From an uncultured Bacilli bacterium (GTDB taxonomy: Bacteria > Bacillota_I > Bacilli_A > RF39 > UBA660): a DNA stretch of 64,000 nt. Shown here one piece after another: positions 57,133-64,000 of the stretch; the stretch's first letter is position 1; each line of letters opens with the position of its first letter. The stretch covers positions 450 through 64,449 of the forward strand of contig CAKOHV010000002.1 in assembly GCA_934086145.1 (NCBI GenBank), read 5' to 3'. A model generated the notes under the pieces. The model was not told the origin of the DNA, did not search any database, and worked only from the letters and a program-made list of their open reading frames with translations. The translations under genes were made by a program, and so were the position numbers.

Positions 57133-57716
57133 GAAGGCATCACCGTCCCAAAACTTGTCGTCATTCCACCATTCAAGAAGTTATCTAAAATCATACGTAA
57201 GTCTGAATTTGAAACTTGAACAGAATTAATTGAACAATTTGCCAAACCAGCAATTAAATTATGAATTCTCTTTTGAACTAATTCCAATCTTTTCTCTTTA
57301 AACAAAATGAAATATTCTGTATCAACAACATTATATTCTGCTCCCATAAAAGCATTAGCTTTATTAAGATCTTGCATAATAAGTTTTCTTATAGCTCCAT
57401 CAGTACATCTCTGATAAAGTAATTGTAGTTGTGATAAGTATAAATTTATATCAACCGGTCTATCTGCTACCATTAACCAGAATTCATAATCAATCATATT
57501 ATAGAAATTCTGCAAATTAAACAAGATATTATCAATTTCTCCTGAATCAAGAATAAAAATATTTTTAGGTGATATTTTTATTCCCGTAACGTAAGCTCCA
57601 TTATCTAGTTGAATCATACCATTCATTATATTTCTTATAGGTACCCAATCTTCTGTATATCTACTAGAAGTTTGTACGGCTACCGCGCTTTGGTCTGTCG
57701 CTGCCATAACTAGCAC
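57129..57716 (-). CDS. virB4: VirB4-family N-terminal domain encoded as a separate ORF
   Basis: 195 aa with WVPIRNIMNGMIQLDNGAYVTGIKISPKNIFILD, typical of the Gram-positive VirB4 N-terminus. Its TGA overlaps the ATG of the ATPase part (ATGA at 57129-57132). Confidence 0.7.
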   Translation of the reverse strand: MLVMAATDQSAVAVQTSSRYTEDWVPIRNIMNGMIQLDNGAYVTGIKISPKNIFILDSGEIDNILFNLQNFYNMIDYEFWLMVADRPVDINLYLSQLQLLYQRCTDGAIRKLIMQDLNKANAFMGAEYNVVDTEYFILFKEKRLELVQKRIHNLIAGLANCSINSVQVSNSDLRMILDNFLNGGMTTSFGTVMPS

Positions 57717-58005
57717 ACCATCCTCTCCAATAATACTTTTTAATTCCTGTTAAAAAGCTCCACATATTTTTTAATAAGGTTAAAACATTATGATAATAAA
57801 CTGGTAAAGGGGCTACTAGCAAGGCCGCAATTAAAGCGGGCGATGCTAGTAATAACAAGGTTGCAATATCATTTGTTTTAAATAGCAACAAAAGTAAACC
57901 AGCTATGGCAACTCCTGTTACAAAAATTGTTAAGTCAACGCCAGTAAACAAACCTAGGATAAGCCTTGATTTTTTAGCATTAGCCGGAATAATATATTTA
58001 TTCAT
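57664..58005 (-). CDS. PrgI/VirB3-like small T4SS membrane protein
   Basis: 113 aa with two TM helices (LILGLFTGVDLTIFVTGVAIAGLLLLLF and LLLLASPALIAALLVAPL). It sits immediately upstream of VirB4, as PrgI/Orf17 do. Confidence 0.6.
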   Translation of the reverse strand: MNKYIIPANAKKSRLILGLFTGVDLTIFVTGVAIAGLLLLLFKTNDIATLLLLASPALIAALLVAPLPVYYHNVLTLLKNMWSFLTGIKKYYWRGWCASYGSDRPKRGSRTNF

Positions 58006-58022
58006 TCATCTTTTCCCCTTTT

Positions 58023-60875
58023 CTATTTTTTACTTTCTTGTTTACGTTTTCTACTTTGAGCATCTACGTATTCATCAGACTTAATAATTTCATAAGTTGC
58101 AGATTCGGAAGCCTTTTTCATATCTTTAAACGGATCGCCACTAGGCGCAATTGTCTCCTTGATTTTTGTAGAATTAGTAGAAAGATATCTATTAAATTCA
58201 TCAACAGAAACTTTATTTTTTACTACACTACCATGAGAATCCTTAATAGTATAAGTTGGCCCAGATGAAGTAAATTCAACGTCAACATGATTACTGTTAT
58301 CTAGATTCATTTCGTACTTTTTACCAATCTGCATTTTTGATAAATCAACCTGACCATTTAAAATATTAGCACCAAAACTTTGTTCAAGATAATTTTCAAG
58401 TCGCATACCAGCAATCGTTGCTCCATTAGCTAAACGAAATGCCTCTTGGTTATCTCTAAAATAAGCTCTTATAGCACCTGACATTGCATTTTCACCAGTA
58501 GTAATTGCTTCAACCAACTGAGCTTGTACAGCTTTGGCTTTTTCGGCTTTTAATACATCAGTAGCAGCTTTTATTTGAGCATTTAAATTAGCAGATGCTT
58601 TTGCAAATTCAGGGCTTGTTGGATCCAAGACAAAATCACTAAGTTTTTCGTGTTTAGCTTCAAAATCAGCTTTAAAAGCTTTTTCAAACTTTGTATTATA
58701 TTCACTATCTCCCATTGTCAAAGAATTACCAAAATTTTTTCTAAAATCCTCATAAGCGGCTTTATCAGCTGCAGACATAGCTGCTGGATTGGCATTATAC
58801 TGTGCTTCCAATGCAGCTATTCTTGTTGCAAAAGCAGAATCATATTGAGCGTCAGTCATAGAAGGAGCACGAGCTGCAATTCTTTTACGAGCATTTTCAT
58901 ATTGTGCCTTAAACAAAGGTTCAAACGTCGATTTTTCAGTATTCTGAAGTTCAGTATAAACAAAATCCTTAACACTCATGGCCTTTAATCTATTCAAGTT
59001 ATCTTGTGCAGAATCTATAGTATCAGCTCTAACACTATTTTCAAGATAGGCTTTTAAACCAGCGACTTTATTTAAAGCATTAATTTGATTATCATAGTAT
59101 GACGTATCAACTGATCCGCCAGTTAAGAAAGAGCTAACTGTACTACGTGCATCATTAATATGGCCAGCCATTGAACCCTTTATCAATCCATTGAAAGCTT
59201 CATCATTAGCGTGTTGTTCATTATATGCCTTCCTGTGAACTCTAGCGTCATTAGCCGCTCTAACACCATTAGCTGTAGCATCTTTTACATCACGGAGTTT
59301 CATAGGATTTTTACGGAAATCACGAGCACCTCGATATCCAACTCTAGCACCAGCTGATAAACCACCTGCAACTCCACTAGCTGTCGAACGAATGAACCCT
59401 CTACCAAAAGCCTGAGCTTTACCAGTTAGTGTATCAGCTCTTTTCATTTCACCTCGAGCTCTCTGAACTCCAACACCAAAGTTTTGAGCAAAACTTCCTG
59501 CTGCTGCTAATCCTGTAGCCGCTGCTGTATAAAGACCACCTTCTGCCAATTTTTGACCTAATCCTAACTTCATATCCCCTGCTGGAATACCAAAAGTATC
59601 AGAAATAAGTTTAGGTGCTTGCTTAGCAAAAATAACTAAACCTAAAATCAAAATAACTCTAACAAAAAAGCCAATATCCATACTAAGCTCTTGATTATTA
59701 AATAAAATATTATTAGTTGACGATATTGTATTTAAATGGGTAATTATGTATACAACAACATACACAACTGATAATCGGACAAAAACTTCTAAAAAAGTAC
59801 TAATAATATTTTTTACCCATTTATCAAAATTAGGTCTGAACTTAGGTACAATTTGTAAGATCAAAGGAATTGGGGCAATAATTTGATAATAAGCTAATTT
59901 AGCAGCTCTTACTGCCATATCAATACTAAATGATAAAAAGGCATAAACAACAAAAGCTCCTACAAGTGTTGAAAAGAACCAATAATATTGAATTTCACCT
60001 TTAATATAGTTATCAGCAAAAACTATAAAAATTCCAAAGTCACCAGTACTAGTCGCATATGAGAAGGCTTGAGCCAAAGTAATTTCATCAGCCAGCGCAA
60101 TATCAACAGCATTAGTAACACCACCAATAACACCTGCACTACAAGCAGCGACAGTTCCGGCAACAGCAAGTGCACCAAATCCAAATGTAAAAACACTCGC
60201 CAATATTGCAGCTCCAACACCTATTGCGCACCCAGCAAGACTAATCGTCGTAATAGCCGGATGAACAAAGTAATCAGCATTTTTTCCAACTATATCATCC
60301 TCTGAAATATCATAAAGTTCTGATGGATGAAAAAAAGCCTGCCAAATATAAGTCGCTACAACATTACCTGCCGAATCAAACAAAGCTGAATCATCCTGAA
60401 CTTCACCAGCTGGCAAAGCCACTTCTCCATTGACAACAATATCATCATGAGAAGTTGTTCTAGAATCAGAAGCAAAGAACATTTTTGCTATAATATTACT
60501 TTGTAAAATGATATCTTGGCCCTGATAAATAAGATTAAAAATAACTGGTGTTAAAGCAAGGCCTAAAATACAAGTCACAACGCCTGTAATGACTTTCTTA
60601 CCAGACATATCTCCTTTTCCTAATTGATCAGGGTCAATAATAGCACGCAAAATAGAATAAGCTAAAACAAATAACATAGCAACGCCAATAATTATATATA
60701 ATTTATTAGCAATTGTTTGAAAAGCATCACTTGAAAGCAATTTTTGGGCAGCTAAAAGAGTGTAAATTTTATACATTTTAGCTATAGTTCCATAAACAAT
60801 ACCATCAAGTGTCAATAGCACTCCAGTAAAGGCCGCACCAATAGTTTCCCCAAGATCAAAAATTAATAAGTTCAT
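58023..60875 (-). CDS. VirB6-like polytopic T4SS channel protein with a soluble C-terminal extension of about 480 aa
   Basis: The N-terminal 470 aa or so hold many TM helices. The C-terminal half is Ala/Lys/Asn-rich and helical-looking. RBS GAAGGTGA. Confidence 0.65.
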   Translation of the reverse strand: MNLLIFDLGETIGAAFTGVLLTLDGIVYGTIAKMYKIYTLLAAQKLLSSDAFQTIANKLYIIIGVAMLFVLAYSILRAIIDPDQLGKGDMSGKKVITGVVTCILGLALTPVIFNLIYQGQDIILQSNIIAKMFFASDSRTTSHDDIVVNGEVALPAGEVQDDSALFDSAGNVVATYIWQAFFHPSELYDISEDDIVGKNADYFVHPAITTISLAGCAIGVGAAILASVFTFGFGALAVAGTVAACSAGVIGGVTNAVDIALADEITLAQAFSYATSTGDFGIFIVFADNYIKGEIQYYWFFSTLVGAFVVYAFLSFSIDMAVRAAKLAYYQIIAPIPLILQIVPKFRPNFDKWVKNIISTFLEVFVRLSVVYVVVYIITHLNTISSTNNILFNNQELSMDIGFFVRVILILGLVIFAKQAPKLISDTFGIPAGDMKLGLGQKLAEGGLYTAAATGLAAAGSFAQNFGVGVQRARGEMKRADTLTGKAQAFGRGFIRSTASGVAGGLSAGARVGYRGARDFRKNPMKLRDVKDATANGVRAANDARVHRKAYNEQHANDEAFNGLIKGSMAGHINDARSTVSSFLTGGSVDTSYYDNQINALNKVAGLKAYLENSVRADTIDSAQDNLNRLKAMSVKDFVYTELQNTEKSTFEPLFKAQYENARKRIAARAPSMTDAQYDSAFATRIAALEAQYNANPAAMSAADKAAYEDFRKNFGNSLTMGDSEYNTKFEKAFKADFEAKHEKLSDFVLDPTSPEFAKASANLNAQIKAATDVLKAEKAKAVQAQLVEAITTGENAMSGAIRAYFRDNQEAFRLANGATIAGMRLENYLEQSFGANILNGQVDLSKMQIGKKYEMNLDNSNHVDVEFTSSGPTYTIKDSHGSVVKNKVSVDEFNRYLSTNSTKIKETIAPSGDPFKDMKKASESATYEIIKSDEYVDAQSRKRKQESKK

Positions 60876-60886
60876 TTAGTCACCTT

Positions 60887-61306
60887 CTAACCAATCCCAC
60901 ATGTTCCATACCAACCTAAAAGTTCAAAGAAAAAATTAATTAAACTTGGTATAAAGAATAGCATCAATGCTAAGAATATTCTTTTTCCTGTTTTTTTAGT
61001 GGCTTTCGCCAATGCATCCTTATCTTCACTAGCTATTGCCTTAACAAATTCTACAATCGATAAAACAACTACCAATGATGGCGCCAAAAATTTCATAACA
61101 TTAAAAATTTGTTGCAAATAATTAGCAAAAGTCCCATCAACAGTTGGGTCCCCAAAAATAGCATCACAACCAGCATCTTGACTATCATTTCCATCTAATG
61201 CATAGATAATACTATCATCATTAAGCCCTCGAGCTTCTACTACATTAAAGGATAAAGTGAATATCATTAATAATGCCAAGAAAAAATATAAACTTTTTTT
61301 TAACAT
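60887..61306 (-). CDS. VirB2/TrbC-like pilin candidate A (signal peptide + two hydrophobic helices)
   Basis: ATG at 61306 after AGAGGTG. Signal peptide MLKKSLYFFLALLMIFTLSFNVVEA. The mature part has ..C..-helix-KAIASEDKDALAKATKKTGKR-helix(FFIPSL)-..C. Confidence 0.5.
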   Translation of the reverse strand: MLKKSLYFFLALLMIFTLSFNVVEARGLNDDSIIYALDGNDSQDAGCDAIFGDPTVDGTFANYLQQIFNVMKFLAPSLVVVLSIVEFVKAIASEDKDALAKATKKTGKRIFLALMLFFIPSLINFFFELLGWYGTCGIG

Positions 61307-61381
61307 AAAAACACCTCTAATACCAAAATTATAACACAAAAAAAATGATATTAAAACAAATATCATTTCATATTTAAGCAA

Positions 61382-61705
61382 TTAACAAGTTCCTGAATTA
61401 ACTATACATTCTTTACAAACTGCATAGTCGCCTTCTTCGTTGAAAGTATCTGCTAAAGAGAACGCAAATCCAACGAGTGAAGGAACAAAGAATATTAAAA
61501 TTCCAGCCAAAGCTCTCATACCTAAATTTTTGGCAGCTTTTTTAATTTCTTTATCATCACTTGCTACAACAGCCTTACCTAAATCAATCATACCAAAGAT
61601 TATAACTAATAGAGGTATAACAATTTTAAAAACTCCTAAAATTCTACCTACTAAAACCCAAACATCTTTAGTACCGCTACAAAAAGCAACATCTAATAAA
61701 TTCAT
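61382..61705 (-). CDS. VirB2/TrbC-like pilin candidate B (paralog of candidate A)
   Basis: 107 aa: ..C..-helix(IVIPLLVIIFGMIDL)-KAVVASDDKEIKKAAKNLGMR-helix(FFVPSLVGFAF)-...CKECIVNSGTC. The core is shared with the 139-aa neighbour. Confidence 0.5.
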   Translation of the reverse strand: MNLLDVAFCSGTKDVWVLVGRILGVFKIVIPLLVIIFGMIDLGKAVVASDDKEIKKAAKNLGMRALAGILIFFVPSLVGFAFSLADTFNEEGDYAVCKECIVNSGTC

Positions 61706-61767
61706 ACATACATCTCCTTTACTTACTCATAATTGTACCAAATATTCGTAATCTGTCAAGTTTTTAT

Positions 61768-62844
61768 CTATTCCTTAACGATTCCAAACAACCTAGCCCC
61801 TCTATTGCCATCATTAGCTGGTTTATTCTTATCAAAACCAAGTTTATTTAAGAACTCATCTAAAACACGATGACGCTCTTTTTTATCATCAAGCGGTGGA
61901 ATATTTTGAAATACTGAGCATCTTGCTTCATATTCAAAATCTTTAACATCGTTCGAATCAAGTAAACTTTTATTAAGAACAACTTTCTTTCCCTTAATCT
62001 TATCCAAGATATTACGATCTCTTCTAATCATTTTATTAAGCATTAAGGTCGAAGGCTCAATCAAATAAATCATTTCTGAACAATTAGCTTCTTCTGAGCT
62101 ATCATTAACATCTACAAGAACAACTTGTGTTCCCATTGTATTTCCCTTAATAAAAGCTCCTAATTCTTTACTACTCATACTACGTAGGTTTTGATCGTTA
62201 AAGAACATAAAATCATTTTTATCTAATTCAATTCCTAAAACGGAATAGTTTTCCTCAAGTTGTTTTTTCAACATATATATTAAGGTTGTTGCTCCAGCAT
62301 GATCTGTTAAATCTTTAAAACCAATTACACGAGTTCCACCTACCATAGGCATTGCTATACTGGCATTAATAAAGTTTCTTTCCTCTCTATTATTACCACG
62401 ACGATTATCTTTTCTTGAATTATTTGGGACTTCCATTTCCTGTGAAGCCATCATATTACTAGCACCTAACATATGGTACTGAGCAACATCTTTATACGTA
62501 TTAGGATTATCAATCAAATAAACTATGCCATCTATATTCTTAGTAAAGTTATAAATTCCCATCGAAACAAGTTCTGACATATATTGAGGTGAATTGACCT
62601 CTGGTGAGTCATCTAATAATAGAATAACTCTTGTCATATCCATTCCGAATGATAGTCTTTGTATTTGTGAAATATCTCGATAATTTCTAATAGCAGTTAT
62701 ATCAAGAATCATTTTATTAAAGAAGAAGTTATCAAACTGTGCTACTAATTCATCAGCATCAAATTCTCCATTTATACTTTTTATTAAATCTATATTTAAG
62801 TTTGAAAGCATTGCTGCATATTTATTCGAAACAATTACATTCAT
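61768..62844 (-). CDS. TadZ/CpaE-like protein: receiver-like N-domain + MinD/ParA-fold domain with degenerate Walker A
   Basis: ATG at 62844, 5 nt after the upstream stop, with an AGGA RBS. The C-domain follows the MinD beta/alpha order (RVIGFKDLTDHAGATTLIYMLKKQL, VVLVDVN, MIYLIEPS, KVVLNKS, IPPLDD), but the P-loop lacks GK[ST]. Confidence 0.5.
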   Translation of the reverse strand: MNVIVSNKYAAMLSNLNIDLIKSINGEFDADELVAQFDNFFFNKMILDITAIRNYRDISQIQRLSFGMDMTRVILLLDDSPEVNSPQYMSELVSMGIYNFTKNIDGIVYLIDNPNTYKDVAQYHMLGASNMMASQEMEVPNNSRKDNRRGNNREERNFINASIAMPMVGGTRVIGFKDLTDHAGATTLIYMLKKQLEENYSVLGIELDKNDFMFFNDQNLRSMSSKELGAFIKGNTMGTQVVLVDVNDSSEEANCSEMIYLIEPSTLMLNKMIRRDRNILDKIKGKKVVLNKSLLDSNDVKDFEYEARCSVFQNIPPLDDKKERHRVLDEFLNKLGFDKNKPANDGNRGARLFGIVKE

Positions 62845-62848
62845 TATC

Positions 62849-63385
62849 CTACACACACTCCTGACCAATTGAATCTTGTGGAAATGATATTTTAGATGTT
62901 TTTCCATCAATTTCAAAAGTTAAAATATCACCTATGACAGGCAAATTAAACTTATAAAATACTACAACATCATAGTAAGCAGCATCATTTTCAGCCCCCC
63001 ACATTTTCTCTTTTCTAAAACAATAATAATATTTACCTTTATTTTTTGAATATGAGACTTTTTTATTATAAGCTAGGTCATCTACTCCGCAATAACCAGT
63101 TGGGCAAGTCCCCTTAGTATTATAAGAACTCCCAAGCAAAAAAAGGTTAATTGTTTGCAGTGTTCCAAAATTACCCGTCACAGTCGTCCCCGATTTTACT
63201 TTCGATTCCATACTTTTCCCAGTTTTATTAGTTATTCCATCATGTTTTTCTATAATAGTTAACATTTCATTTTTTATTTTAAATACCTTAGAATAACTTA
63301 TGGAAACTGCTAAATACCCTGAAAACAATAGTATAAATAGAACAATCATTCCAAGTAACCATACATTAGAAATTGCATTTTTCAT
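62849..63385 (-). CDS. N-terminally anchored four-Cys extracytoplasmic protein (paralog 2)
   Basis: 178 aa. It has an N-terminal hydrophobic helix (VWLLGMIVLFILLFSGYLAV), the shared core YSK.(F/Y)K(I/V)K...CP(T/S)...PVIGD(I/V), and a C-terminal Cys. Confidence 0.6.
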   Translation of the reverse strand: MKNAISNVWLLGMIVLFILLFSGYLAVSISYSKVFKIKNEMLTIIEKHDGITNKTGKSMESKVKSGTTVTGNFGTLQTINLFLLGSSYNTKGTCPTGYCGVDDLAYNKKVSYSKNKGKYYYCFRKEKMWGAENDAAYYDVVVFYKFNLPVIGDILTFEIDGKTSKISFPQDSIGQECV

Positions 63386-63401
63386 TAAACGTCACTCCAT
63401 T

Positions 63402-63878
63402 CTAACATGTTGGATTTTTTAGCAGTTCTTTCTTTTCATTTGGAATTACCACAAATGATGTTTCACCATCTAAGGTAAATTTAACAACATCACCAATAAC
63501 CGGCATATCCATTTTGAAGAATACTTTAACTGAATAATATGCTGTTTTAGGATGTCCAATAGCTGTTCTGTATACACAATGTTTTTGGATACAGAAGCTA
63601 TTTGGTGAACCTATTCCTGCATTGAAGTTAAAGCCTATCCAATCATTATCACTAGGACATTTCCCCGTTGTACGATATCCAACTTCGCCTAAATAGTTTT
63701 TTATAGCGGTCGTTGATGAGTCATTTACACCACCATACTGTTCAATATAAAACAATATTTGGTCTTTTACTTTATAGCTTTTTGAATAGTTTATTGATAC
63801 TGACATATAGCAAGCAAAAACAACAACAAACACAATAACGATTGTTAAAAGCCATGATCCACCAATTGCTTCTTTCAT
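63402..63878 (-). CDS. N-terminally anchored four-Cys extracytoplasmic protein (paralog 1)
   Basis: 158 aa. MKEAIGGSWLLTIVIVFVVVFACYMSVSINYSKSYKVKD... parallels the 178-aa neighbour, and it ends ...NPTC. Confidence 0.6.
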   Translation of the reverse strand: MKEAIGGSWLLTIVIVFVVVFACYMSVSINYSKSYKVKDQILFYIEQYGGVNDSSTTAIKNYLGEVGYRTTGKCPSDNDWIGFNFNAGIGSPNSFCIQKHCVYRTAIGHPKTAYYSVKVFFKMDMPVIGDVVKFTLDGETSFVVIPNEKKELLKNPTC

Positions 63879-63886
63879 ATCATCAC

Positions 63887-64000
63887 CTAGCCTCTATATG
63901 GACATTCAAAAGTCTCACTTTTGCTCGTTCCAGGAGAATAGCAATAAGCCATAGCATTTGAGTTGATTCCTACATCACAAATTGCATCAGAACATTTTGC
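63887..64000 (-). CDS. 3' end of a further Cys-rich ORF (partial, continues beyond the window)
   Basis: The last 37 codons read AKCSDAICDVGINSNAMAYCYSPGTSKSETFECPYRG, then TAG at 63887-63889. The RBS for the next gene follows. Confidence 0.5.
   Translation of the reverse strand, partial: AKCSDAICDVGINSNAMAYCYSPGTSKSETFECPYRG

Larger units (their letters stand above)
49205..64000 (-). mobile_element. Conjugation-type type IV secretion module (Gram-positive, pCF10/pIP501-like core order), truncated by the window edge
   Basis: Thirteen co-directional genes with gaps of 0-75 nt and several overlaps. They include VirB2-like x2, VirB6-like, PrgI/VirB3-like, a split VirB4, a PG hydrolase, a lipoprotein and VirD4. 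No relaxase, integrase or att site was seen inside the window. Confidence 0.65.

Overview
Visibly AT-rich (judged by eye, not computed) chromosomal segment from a low-GC, cell-walled Firmicute using the standard code: TGA ends genes and Trp is TGG. Almost all genes are on the minus strand. Positions 1-49 kb are mostly housekeeping: acyl-CoA synthetase, ezrA, rpsD, an M16 peptidase pair, an HD dNTPase, a redox pair, an ABC exporter, NUDIX, yidD, a Bacillus-like yut/yun block, rluB, dacB-spmA-spmB, a GH25 lysozyme, trpS, rmuC. A 12-tRNA island (28.3-30.7 kb) forms four transcription units with near-consensus promoters. It adjoins a small accessory patch with a divergent XRE pair, an endolysin-like gene and 0.8 kb of repeat-bearing non-coding DNA. 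A glyQS pseudogene (two 1-nt frameshifts and a deletion of about 40 codons) lies behind a LOG-family gene and an atypical glycine-type T-box. From 49.2 kb to the window edge, one tightly packed minus-strand operon encodes a Gram-positive type IV secretion/conjugation apparatus. It has two VirB2-like proteins, VirB6-like, VirB3/PrgI-like, a split VirB4, a SpoIID+NlpC/P60 hydrolase, a lipoprotein and VirD4. Unusually, a TadZ/CpaE-like protein with a destroyed P-loop and a family of N-anchored four-Cys proteins precede them. No relaxase or integrase is in the window. This T4SS/Tad-like hybrid is my best candidate for a novel system. Protein calls rest on motifs read from the translations; no database search was run.
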